From the IMG/VR virus record IMGVR_UViG_3300028886_000055, positions 64,001 through 128,000 of that record: a stretch of DNA of 64,000 bases, one strand, 5' to 3'. The number at the start of each line of letters is the position of its first letter. Within the stretch, counting starts at the first letter, position 1. The translations under genes and the position numbers were made by a program. The stretch is from a virus (lineage: Duplodnaviria; Caudoviricetes). Under the pieces are notes generated by a model. The model saw only the letters and a list, made by a program, of their open reading frames with translations. It did not search any database and was not told the origin of the DNA. This document shows, piece by piece, positions 46,025 to 56,211 of this stretch.

Positions 46025-46444
46025 ATGACATCTGAGGAATTATTTGAGAAAGTGTCAGAACTTATAGATAAGACTTTTAAATATAAACCTATCAGTGAAA
46101 AAGAAGCTGTTGGTAAAACAATAGAGAAAATCTATACACTTTATAATGGCTGGAGTGATAATTACAAAGTAATCACTTTTACTGATAAAACTGCTTTATA
46201 TTATGAATGTGATAAAGATCCAGAAAGACATCCTAAGTTAATAACATCATATGGTGACATAGAAAGCGGCATTAATGTTTATTTAAGTAGCCTTGGAAGT
46301 TCACTTTATGATGAAGGTCTTTTAAATGATACTACTGAACTTTTAAAAGCTGAAGAGCAATATAGATTAACATTTCTTGAAGAAAATAGACAAGAACAAA
46401 TTAGAAAACTTAAAGAAATATTAAAGCAATTAGAAAATAATTGA
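46025..46444 (+). CDS. hypothetical protein
   Basis: ORF track; likely start MTSEEL. Confidence 0.7.
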   Translation: MTSEELFEKVSELIDKTFKYKPISEKEAVGKTIEKIYTLYNGWSDNYKVITFTDKTALYYECDKDPERHPKLITSYGDIESGINVYLSSLGSSLYDEGLLNDTTELLKAEEQYRLTFLEENRQEQIRKLKEILKQLENN

Positions 46445-46447
46445 ATT

Positions 46448-46831
46448 ATGGAATCATTACTTAAATATCCTGCAGTTAAAGACTTTGAAGGTAAAGTCTT
46501 AGATAGAATTATCTTTCGAAAAATGCGTATTGCGCAATTAACAATCCTCATATTTAAGGATAATACAGCTTGTTATATTATTGGACAAACAATTGCCAGT
46601 GATCCTATAATTGTAAACACTATACATTATGATGATGGAGATGTTGATGTGATTTATACAGACTTAGGTTGTGAACTTTCAGACTTAGGTTTACTAAATA
46701 TATCCGAAGTTGAAAAAGAAACATTAAGACTTAAAAAAGAAGCTCTTGCTGAAAAAGCATCAATAATTGCCCAAATAAAAGAACTTGAAAAGAAAATAAA
46801 TGAACTAAAGAGTAATTATAACATTGTTTAA
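46448..46831 (+). CDS. hypothetical protein, probable paralog of the preceding gene
   Basis: shared GK.IEKI/GKVLDRI, FTDKTA/FKDNTA, LG..L.D.GLLN. Confidence 0.7.
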   Translation: MESLLKYPAVKDFEGKVLDRIIFRKMRIAQLTILIFKDNTACYIIGQTIASDPIIVNTIHYDDGDVDVIYTDLGCELSDLGLLNISEVEKETLRLKKEALAEKASIIAQIKELEKKINELKSNYNIV

Positions 46832-46884
46832 TTACTTTATAGGCTGCCTCGGTAGCATAATGGATAATGCAACGGGGTAATGTT

Positions 46885-46968
46885 GGAGGGATAGCGCGTA
46901 ATTGGAAGCGCCTCAGTCTTCTAAACTGATGCCAGTTGGCCTTGTGGGTTCGAGTCCCACTCCCTTCA
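46885..46968 (+). tRNA. tRNA-Arg(UCU) with long variable arm
   Basis: TCAGT-CTTCTAA-ACTGA arm, GGA(A20) D-loop, GCCA/TGGC variable stem. Confidence 0.85.
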
Positions 46969-46990
46969 CTAATAACTAAATAAAATTATT

Positions 46991-47590
46991 ATGGAAAGTA
47001 AATGGTTTAATGAAAAAGAAAATCTAGAATAGATGATTCTAGTAGATAAATTATCTTATGAAGAAATAGGAAGAAGATATAATTGTTCTGGAAGTAACAT
47101 TAAGAAAGTTGCATCTAGAATTGGTATAGAATTACCAAAAAGAAGAAAAATAAACGGTTCTGAACACTTTAATAAAGGAACTGGAAAACTTAATGTCTGT
47201 CTTAATTGTGGTAAAGAATTTAAATCGTATTCTGGATTAAGTGGAAAATATTGTTGTTCAGAATGTGAAAAAGAATATAAACATAAACAAAAATATCAGC
47301 TCATATTAGATGGTGACCCTTCAATAATGAGAGCTAATTATTCTCCTAAAATTTTCAGACAAGACATAATTAATGAACAAAATGGAGTATGTGCAATATG
47401 TGGTATGAAACCAGAATGGAATGGTAAACCTTTAGTTTTCATTATTGATCACATTGATGGTCATGCTTCAAATAACAAACGAGACAACCTTAGATGTATT
47501 TGTCCAAATTGTGATTCGCAGTTAGATACTTATAAATCCAAAAATAAAAACGGAGAACGTAGTTATTATAGGTATCATAAAGAAGAATAA
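46991..47590 (+). CDS. HNH endonuclease with N-terminal HTH/Zn-finger (TAG at codon 14)
   Basis: MESKWFNEKENLE(Q)MIL...; IDHIDGHASNNKRDNLRCICPNC. Confidence 0.88.
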
Positions 47591-47732
47591 GCAATCGGTC
47601 GTGCGTGCAAGTCGTACCTGGGGTACTAAAATTGATATGAGTTAACCTTATAGGTTACACTCCCTTCACTAATGATTAATTCTTTTAATTATTTTATTTA
47701 AGATATAAATACTAATTTAAAAATAATGCATT

Positions 47733-48800
47733 ATGAAAATTAAAAACAATACTAAAAATTTAATTCCACGTCATTAGACTGGTGGATTAGTTAGAAAATA
47801 TCAACTTGCTGCTGGTTCACGAGGTATTGAACGATATAAACCGACATTCACTGATCGAATTGTTTTAATGTCACGTAATACACCACAAAATAGAGCTGTT
47901 AATAGAGCAATATTTGCAGCTAAGGATAATACAGGACTTCCGATTAGTACATGGCCTAAATACTCATCGATTACGAACAAAACGATGTCTACATGGCCGG
48001 ATGGTGAAACAACAATGTATATTAATAATAATAAAGATAGTATAGGTCTTGATGGTACTATATATAATAATAGTGGAAAGGTTATAGGTAATGATGGTAT
48101 TATTACAACTGCTTCTAAACCAGCTCAAAACAAAGGAACTCAAGGTAAACCTGCAGGAACTAAAGGTAACAGTTCTAAAGGTGGTACTAGAGGTAGTAAA
48201 GGTAATGTAAGAACTACTGCTAAACCTGCTGCAACAACCACTACCACAACACCTACTGTAACACCAGCATCCACAGAAAACACAGGTAATTATACTATTC
48301 AACGTGGTGATACACTTGGAGCATTAGCAAAACGATTTGGAATGTCAGTAGATGAACTCGCTAGATTAAACAATATTAGTAATCCTAATCGTATTTATGC
48401 TGGTCGAACTTTAATTACTAAAGCTCCTACTGTTGAAACTCCCGACATTAAAATTGAAACTCCTAGTGTTCCTAATTATGGATATGGAGTTACAGATAGT
48501 AATCTAAAACTAGGAACAAACTAGCAATACTATCCTTCATATAACTAGGATGAATTATTAAGATCTGCATTTTCTAAATTTGGATTGAACTTTGATGATT
48601 ATAAACAATTAACTGCTGATAAATTACCAACAAATGTAGCGCCTGTTAGTCAGGAAGTTAAGACTTTTAATCCAGGTAATACTGTTTAGACTCCATCTTA
48701 TAAAGCTTTAAGAGATGCACGCTTAGAAGATGAAGCATTAAAAAGAAGTAAATTATTATCTTTTGCAAAACAAGGAACTAAATTAATTAGAAAAAAATGA
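47733..48800 (+). CDS. LysM-domain protein (recoded)
   Basis: YTIQRGDTLGALAKRFG...NNISNPNRIYAG; N-terminal LIPRH(Q)TGG. Confidence 0.8.
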
Positions 48801-49901
48801 GTAAATTAGTACCTAAACATCAGAATACATCTTCAATCTGGGGAAAGATATTCAGCAAAACAATATGTAACTCCAACAACTGGAATTTAGATAATTGATG
48901 ATGCTGTTGAGAAGACCAAACAACAACAAAGTTTGAGAAGTCGTCAACGCAGAAGAGGAACAGCTTCTAAGATAGGTGCAGCTTCACCTGGTGCCCAGAA
49001 ACAAGCTATCATGGAACGTCAACGTAAACTCAAAGAAGCGGGTTATTATACTGGCAAAATTGATGGTATTTGGGGCAAAAAGAGCAAAGCTGCATAGACT
49101 GCATATGATAAACGTAATTAGTCTTCAAGCTCTCTAACTGGTCCACAAGCTTATCGTAGAGCTGCAGGTCGACCTGAACCTAAGGAATTTGTAGTATCTG
49201 AAGTACCAAATCATCGAATATATCGAGTTTTTAAGGACGATACACGAGAAGTAGGTATCCCATTTAGTGATGATATGGAACTTGTTTATTAGTCTAATCA
49301 AAATGGAAGATATGGGGTTTTAGATAAACCACAAGGTACACTCATCACTTTTGAGAACGGATCTCCTACTTTTACTAGTAAAGTTGGACGCGGTAAAAAT
49401 AAAGGTGATGGAGTATATGACTATTCTAGTGATCCTAGAAACGCAAATACAAAAAGTACAAGCGATACAAACTATTACACTAAACAAAGTTCTACAACTC
49501 CTGCAGGTGTATTTACTATTATTCCCGTTGAAACTAGTGATTATTATGGTCATGAGCCTATGTTTAGATTAGCTACACCAAAATATAAATCAGCCGTAGC
49601 TTTTCATGCACCTCCTGGAGCAAAGGCTGTATCAACTAGTAATTTTAATAAAGGTGATAATCCTTATGTCTCTACAGGATGTATTAGAGGAGAATGCGGT
49701 AACACGAGTTATGTTTATCGTAATAGGTTATTATAGAAAGGAGATCCGTTTTATATTACTCCTGAAACGGAAGGAAATTATTTTACTAAAGACTGGAAAG
49801 GAAATATAAAACTTGTATTAGGCAATAATAATGCAAAAACATATACTACTCGTCTAAAAGACGGATCAGAATGGATTGGAGATTTATTATATTTAAATTA
49901 A
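48797..49901 (+). CDS. peptidoglycan-binding + L,D-transpeptidase-like protein (recoded; +1 frameshift at about 48841)
   Basis: GYYTGKIDGIWGKKS; TPAGVF; FH...VSTGCIR YkuD-type motif. Confidence 0.75.
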
Positions 49902-49908
49902 TAGATAA

Positions 49909-50544
49909 ATGAAAATTTTAAAATTAACAATTGTAATGGCATGTGTCTTTCTTTTGAGTTGCAATAAATCCAATGAAGTAGAAGTTATGCCCTGTTGTCC
50001 TACATGTTCAATTCTATTTCAACCATATGATAGTGTCTCTTATCAAGAAGCACAACGCTTAGCCCAGACATTTGGATATCAATTATCTTCACTGCTAGGT
50101 AACATTAACGTGCGAGAAGTGAGTGTTTTACCGATTAAGCTGTTGACTAACCAACAGCTCAATAGCACAAACACCCGATATCGCGCAGAGAAGATTTTGA
50201 AATATCAGAATGACATAGCTAAAGATGTGATTAAAGATGAACATTTCGATGTGATTATTGGTTTAACGAGTAAAGACATTTCGACATCACTTCACAATAT
50301 TGATGATTATGGAATCCAAGGTTTATCATATATTGGTAAAAATAATTGTGTTGTGTCGACTTTTAGAATTAAGAATAAGAAGGATGTATGGAAACTTGTT
50401 GCTCATGAATTTTGTCATGGATATTTTTACACACAAATGCGACACTGTCCGGCCGATGATCCAACATGCATCATGCAGGATGGGCACGGCAAGCCAAACT
50501 GGACAAAGAGAACCAAAATTTGTGATAAATGTTTAGGGATATAA
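49909..50544 (+). CDS. archaemetzincin-like zinc metalloprotease, lipoprotein
   Basis: LLSC lipobox; HEFCHG...HC...CIM...CDKC. Confidence 0.8.
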   Translation: MKILKLTIVMACVFLLSCNKSNEVEVMPCCPTCSILFQPYDSVSYQEAQRLAQTFGYQLSSLLGNINVREVSVLPIKLLTNQQLNSTNTRYRAEKILKYQNDIAKDVIKDEHFDVIIGLTSKDISTSLHNIDDYGIQGLSYIGKNNCVVSTFRIKNKKDVWKLVAHEFCHGYFYTQMRHCPADDPTCIMQDGHGKPNWTKRTKICDKCLGI

Positions 50545-51002
50545 TACACCCTAACTGACTTTATGTTATAACGTAAAATATTTTAAAGTAATCGTAAGAT
50601 TAAACGTTATAAAAAAGCTCTTCTTTAAAGTCTAGAGCTAGGAAAGACTATTTTTTACGAGAAGCAATGAAATGCTAGTTCAATCTAAAGAACTAGCCAC
50701 TCCTAGTTCTCAACTACTACCAATGTCCTCAAGATAGACAAAAAAAGTGGAAATATATCTATCTGAGGATTCTTTCAGATTTATTCATAATCTAAAGAAT
50801 TTAATGTGTACAATCTTTTAAGCCTGTGTACACAATCAGACTAGAAAAGCTTAATTCATGAACGTTTAATCTTACTTTTTTATTATATCTTATTAACCCA
50901 CTTTAGGCTATAAAGTATTACCTTTGCAAAGAAAAAATAATGGGAACAACAGATTCATACCGCAAAGGTAATACTTTTTTTTAATCTTAATACTCAAAAA
51001 TT

Positions 51003-52526
51003 ATGCAAATCAAAAAATATCAAAACACACCTGGGCCAATCAGTAGAGCAACTGACGAATATTACAACGGTACTGGCTGGCATTTTGTTCCAGGAAACTA
51101 GTTAAAGCAATCCGATCCAAACTACTCAGTTGTTCAAAGAAAAGGATTAGATAACAGTTACCTTGTTGATGCTAATGGTATATTAGTACCAGAGAGAGTC
51201 AGAAATGCTTATGAACAGAAAAGAGAAGACATTTTACGCATGGCTAAAGAATCTCAAGAAAACCAAGGAGAAATAACTCCGTTGACTGACGCTGAGGCTG
51301 AAGAACGTATGGGATTCTTTGCTAATCTTGGAGACGCTTTAGGTGTGACAAACGCACGTCACGATACAAATCGTTCCTTGGCAGCACGAATGGCAGATTA
51401 GATGCTTTGGAATTTAGATGGTCGTAATCCTAGAAGCAACGAAACGTATTTTGGAATTACAGCCCCATTACAAATGACAACACTTCCTGCAACTACTAAT
51501 ATTTACGGAATTGGTTCAATTTTAAGTGGTATAGGTGGAGCAGAATTATTTAATTATTTCACTTATCCTTTTACTGGGAAAACTGTCGGTTAGTATTTAG
51601 GTGATTATATCCCAGTATTGACTAGTACAGCTGGTAATAACATAGCAACTTTTACAGGAGGCATAGGAGGATATAAATGGTACGATGGTGCAGTTAGAAG
51701 AGGTATTGAGACGGCGATGCGAACAACAAGTGCTCCAAGTCCAATAAATGAAGTTAAACGTGGATTTCATGATACTTTTCATCCAAATGATGGGAAATTT
51801 CAAATTACAAAACAAGGGGTTGATCGTATCAATTATATCTTAACTGGACATCGTTCAAAAAACCCTGGATATGACACGTGGTCAAATGACCCAGCAATAA
51901 ATATTGAGAATGGAATAATCGAACCTTATCGTTTTACTGGATTAATAAGTAAAAATAATTTAGGTATAAATGCAAATTTTCATGCACAAAAAGGGTATGG
52001 TGATATAATTGATGCATATCTTTATGGAAAAGAACTTGATCCAAGAATTGCTACTAAAGTAGATCACGGTTATGGAATACACACAAAATACATATAGTCG
52101 AAGTATAAAGATAAACATGTTCCAGTATATGAATTAAATGAAGAACCCTTAGTTGATGGTAAAAAAGGAATTAGTGCTGATATTGAAACACCACAAAATG
52201 TTAGTGGCGATTAGCGAAATATTTCTTTAATTGCACCATCAGGACAAAATCATGCTGTTAATGTAGCAGGGCATTTGAAATTATCTACTCCGATAAATGG
52301 AGTAAGTCATATTGCAAGATAGGATATTTGGAAATTTGATCCAGATGCGTATACAACAAAATGGTTAAAAGATGGAAAGCATATATACACAACTAGTCAA
52401 AAGGATTATCCATTATTATAGAAAATTGGTCTAAATATTGTTAATGATATAGGAACTCCACTTATCTTAAAGACTAAATGGTATGAAAATCCGTTTAATG
52501 GAAATAGGTTTGGTTTAAGTATATAA
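51003..52526 (+). CDS. MQIKKYQ-leader protein, unknown C-terminal domain (recoded)
   Basis: 508 codons joining ORFs 51402..51593 and 51618..52097. Confidence 0.8.
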
Positions 52527-52531
52527 GAATT

Positions 52532-52897
52532 ATGAAAGCATTATTTTTAGGGATGGTTTTGACAGTTATCACAATACAAACGTATGAAGGCAACTTGTCT
52601 TTAAACATGTTTTTATTGGTATTATTTATTATTGGAATTCTTTCTACATTTATGTTTAGACAGGAAGACGATACGCTGCAAAAAATTCAAGATTTCTGTT
52701 CGGAATACGATATTGCTGAATATAAAAATATTGCCAAAGTAGAAGCATCTAAATTAAAATCGACTTACGAAGAAAAATTAACTTATAATAAATGTTTTCA
52801 GCATATTGGCAATCTCAATATTTATCGCAATTTAGATGAATTTAATATTAGTATCTTAAAAGCCCACATCGCCAACTATTATTACAACTTAAAATAA
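52532..52897 (+). CDS. membrane protein
   Basis: ORF track; two TM segments. Confidence 0.6.
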   Translation: MKALFLGMVLTVITIQTYEGNLSLNMFLLVLFIIGILSTFMFRQEDDTLQKIQDFCSEYDIAEYKNIAKVEASKLKSTYEEKLTYNKCFQHIGNLNIYRNLDEFNISILKAHIANYYYNLK

Positions 52898-52904
52898 AAC
52901 CAAT

Positions 52905-53576
52905 ATGCAAATCAAGAAATACCAAAGTCCCGACAGCGGGATTATCAGAATTTAGGACTTACCACAAGAGTATGTCACAAAAATACATAACAATAATTTC
53001 TTGCCAATAAGAATAAAAGATTATGTACGTAGATACATCTTTAGTAATCGAGATTTAGGTCGATATATTCCATATAAAGATTCATAGGGATGGCACCCTG
53101 ATATTAATGGAAAAGGATTTGGAAAAGTCATTGGAGTAGGTTCTGAACAGACGGTCTATGAAAATCTTGATAATCCTAATATGGTTCTCAAAATGCTAGA
53201 TATCAGTTATCCAACAAAAACGGCATTGAGAGCAGGTGTAAAACAATACAACAAACGAAATTTAATTCCACTTCAAGAAAGAGCTAAATTCCTCGGATAT
53301 GTAAAAGGCCCAAACAATGCAGGAACACAAGAAGCATATTATCCAATCTTTAGCTAGAAGAAACTAACAATACCGACAGATAAATCTTGGACTACCTGGG
53401 AAAGTGAGTATTTACCTCAGATTGAATATGCTATGAGAAATCTAGGAATTTCAGTAGGCAATGGTGTATATAATTACAGAGGATACAAAATTAGCGATTT
53501 GTCACCAGACAATATTGGATTTGATGAAAATGGAAATTTGCGACTAATTGATGCCTATGTTGATAGAAACGGATGA
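52905..53576 (+). CDS. MQIKKYQ-leader protein kinase-fold protein (recoded)
   Basis: IGVGSEQTVY, VLK, DLSPDNI, LIDA; 224 codons, absent from the ORF track. Confidence 0.8.
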
Positions 53577-53872
53577 GAGCAAATCAATCTGATTCACTCT
53601 CTAAAAATGCTGATTATTTCATAAATCTATCTCAATCGTCAGATCAACAACTAAAGAGAATCTCAGTGATAGCGAAGGTAACTATGGCACTAAGATATAA
53701 CTCCTTAGTAATTGTTGCTATACAAACAGAGATTATAATTTGTATAACAGCTCTCAGCAAATATTGGATATTAAAATACTACTTCATTGGCAAACATCTC
53801 CTTTCTACGTTCACCTTTGTTTTGATTGTTAATCTTTGGTCTCAAAAGAAATAACGATTAAATGATTTTTAA

Positions 53873-54187
53873 ATGGGAACTCTTATACATTATAACCGAA
53901 TTCTTGGTTTAGATCAAGATGGAGAACTAATTCTTGAAGAAAGAAATGAAAAATTACTTTCTCAATATAAAGTAGAAATAAAAAAATTAGTTGAAGAAAT
54001 TAGAAAATGTTATCCTAATACTAAATTTAGAACTCATGTTCAAAAATTATTCGATACTTTAATAATGGCAAATTCTAAATGCGATATAGAGAGAATACTT
54101 GTAGAATATGATAGAAAAGATTTAGACAATGAAGAACGTTATCAAAATCAAAAGACATCCTTTTGGCAAAAACTATTTGGCCATTAA
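53873..54187 (+). CDS. hypothetical protein
   Basis: ORF track. Confidence 0.65.
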   Translation: MGTLIHYNRILGLDQDGELILEERNEKLLSQYKVEIKKLVEEIRKCYPNTKFRTHVQKLFDTLIMANSKCDIERILVEYDRKDLDNEERYQNQKTSFWQKLFGH

Positions 54188-54443
54188 TCTGTTTGGATTC
54201 ATCTTCACATTGCGTAACCTTGATTCTGTGGAGCTTAACCATGAATTGATACACTCAGCCCAACAACGCGAGTTGCTCTATCTGCCGTTCTTCATCTGGT
54301 ATGGCATAGAGTGGCTTATGTTGTGGTTCAAGTATCACGACTGGACCACCGCCTATTATCATATCCGCTTTGAGCAAGAAGCCTACAGACACCAGAATGA
54401 TCTAAATTACTTACAAACCAGAAAAAAGTACAAATTCAAATGA
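54129..54443 (+). CDS. HExxH protein common in Bacteroidetes phages
   Basis: AINLFG...NHELIHSAQQRE...FEQEAY. Confidence 0.75.
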   Translation: MKNVIKIKRHPFGKNYLAINLFGFIFTLRNLDSVELNHELIHSAQQRELLYLPFFIWYGIEWLMLWFKYHDWTTAYYHIRFEQEAYRHQNDLNYLQTRKKYKFK

Positions 54444-54767
54444 AAAACTAAAGGCTCCCTGTCAAGCGTGAGCCTTTGTCTGTCAACGAAGTAAACCAAT
54501 CCATTTAAGTAGTTTCTCACCTATCGTCAGTAACGCTTCAGTGAGACTAAACTTAAATCCAAAAGACTTCTTGACTTCTTCTATCTAAGATTCGGTAACT
54601 TCACGAACCTTAGACTAATAGCTATAATAAATCATATCTATTAAGTTTTAAAACGAGCAACACAAACCAATGCTCAAATTTGGTAGGGTTATATCTAATT
54701 AGCCCTACCTTTGAAAACGCAAAATTCAATAACGATATTATATCGCTAACAACTTTATTATTAATAC

Positions 54768-54808
54768 AATGAAAAAGATTGAAATTCCTGAAGGAAAAGA
54801 AGTGCAAT
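54768..54808 (+). pseudogene. 5' fragment duplicated from gene 55186
   Basis: MKKIEIPEGKEVQ and its upstream TTAAyACAATG context are repeated. Confidence 0.6.
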
Positions 54809-55185
54809 CTGATAACAACAATTAGTTCTATAGTAGTAACAATGTTATCATAACGTGATAAATACTGTTATTATTTCAATGAAAAACTCTCCACATCCGT
54901 ATAGAGAATGCAGAGAGTAGATATGAGAAAGATTAATACTTCTTCTTATTGTAGATCTATTCTACAATGTGCCAAGATTGATCGCATCTTGGATAATTCT
55001 TTACTTCAGCACCTAAATGTAAAAGTAAAAGAATAATTAAACTCTATTTTAACAAAGTCTATCTCATGTCAATCACCTCCTTTCTGACTTTGTATTAATT
55101 TACCCATCGTAAACAAATCCTAGTCAGAAAGGAGATTATTACAAAAACTATACCAAATCAAGAAATATCAAAACATATTAACACA

Positions 55186-55704
55186 ATGAAAAAGATCGAA
55201 ATCGAAATCCCCGAAGGAAAAGAAGTACAATGGGTAGGTGATACTCTTAAATTAGTAGATATTAAGAAACCTATTACTGAACGTATCAAGACATTTGAGG
55301 ATGCTTTTAATTTATGTTATAATCCTACTTTAATGCGAGAATATGTTAATAACCAGAATGCTAGTACCGATTTAGTTGCTTATCTAAAACTTCGTATTAT
55401 TATTGCTGCTCTTAATGAAGGTTGGGAACCGAAATTCACAGAAGATGAGTATAGATATTATCCTTGGTTCTATTTTTATACCAAAGAACAATATAATAAA
55501 TTAACCGATGAGGAAAAAGAATGTTGTGTTCTTCGCTCCGGCTACAACACGTTCTCATACTTCGGCTTCATGCGTTGCGGCGCGTATCTCGATGCTTCGT
55601 ACTCGTCCGCCAACTTCGGTTCACGACTCGTATTTAAAACCAAAGAACTTGCTAAATATGCAGGTAAACAATTTATTGATATATACGCAGATTTTTATTT
55701 GTAA
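55186..55704 (+). CDS. protein with DGR-target-like C-terminal variable region
   Basis: GC-rich tract encoding VLRSGYNT...SYSSANFGSRL. Confidence 0.75.
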   Translation: MKKIEIEIPEGKEVQWVGDTLKLVDIKKPITERIKTFEDAFNLCYNPTLMREYVNNQNASTDLVAYLKLRIIIAALNEGWEPKFTEDEYRYYPWFYFYTKEQYNKLTDEEKECCVLRSGYNTFSYFGFMRCGAYLDASYSSANFGSRLVFKTKELAKYAGKQFIDIYADFYL

Positions 55705-55709
55705 AAACT

Positions 55710-56096
55710 ATGCAAGACATTATAGAACTGAATATTCCGAATGTATGTTTCTCATTAACTAATGATCTTAATAAAGATGATAAACGTCAAGAAACATTTA
55801 AACAGCAACGCCTTGAACGCGGATTTGATGATACCGAAACTTGGAATCTAGATTATACAATTGCTTCGTTTATTCTTCCGAGATTAAAACGATTTAAGCA
55901 AGTTGCTAATTGTTATCCAGGTAATATGACTCTTGAGGAATGGGAAGACATTCTTGATAAAATGATCGATGCTTTTGAATTTAAAGTTAAAGAAGATGAT
56001 GAATCTTGGACTTTAGAAGAAGAAAAAGCAGTAAGTGATCGAGTTCAAGAAGGACTTGATTTATTTGCTAAGTATTACTTCTGTCTTTGGTGGTAA
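55710..56096 (+). CDS. conserved phage hypothetical protein
   Basis: ERGFDDTETWNLD...LPRL...GLDLFAKYY..LW. Confidence 0.8.
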   Translation: MQDIIELNIPNVCFSLTNDLNKDDKRQETFKQQRLERGFDDTETWNLDYTIASFILPRLKRFKQVANCYPGNMTLEEWEDILDKMIDAFEFKVKEDDESWTLEEEKAVSDRVQEGLDLFAKYYFCLWW

Positions 56097-56105
56097 TACG
56101 TTTTT

Positions 56106-56191
56106 AGTAGGGGAATCCAAGCGGCCTTGGAGCTTGTCCTGAAAACAAGTCGTACGGTAAAACGTATGGGGATCGACACCTCTCCCTACTG
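56106..56191 (+). tRNA. tRNA-Ser(UGA) with non-canonical 8/4 fold
   Basis: 8-bp acceptor, 4-bp T stem, 6-bp D stem, long variable arm, G73. Confidence 0.75.
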
Positions 56192-56211
56192 CTATTTAAA
56201 TAATAATAACT

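Larger units (their letters stand above)
46846..47625 (+). pseudogene. split resident tRNA (5' half 46846-46875, 3' half about 47588-47625)
   Basis: GCCTCGG pairs with CTGGGGT-A; intact D arm; decayed T arm GTGCG-TGCAAGT-CGTAC. Confidence 0.7.

Noticed and set aside
48835-48850. Programmed frameshift in the L,D-transpeptidase gene
   Set aside because: It is one extra G in a short run with no stimulatory signal, consistent with homopolymer error elsewhere in the window.
49320-49809. ORFs 49320, 49351 and 49606
   Set aside because: They are alternate frames of the recoded L,D-transpeptidase-like gene.
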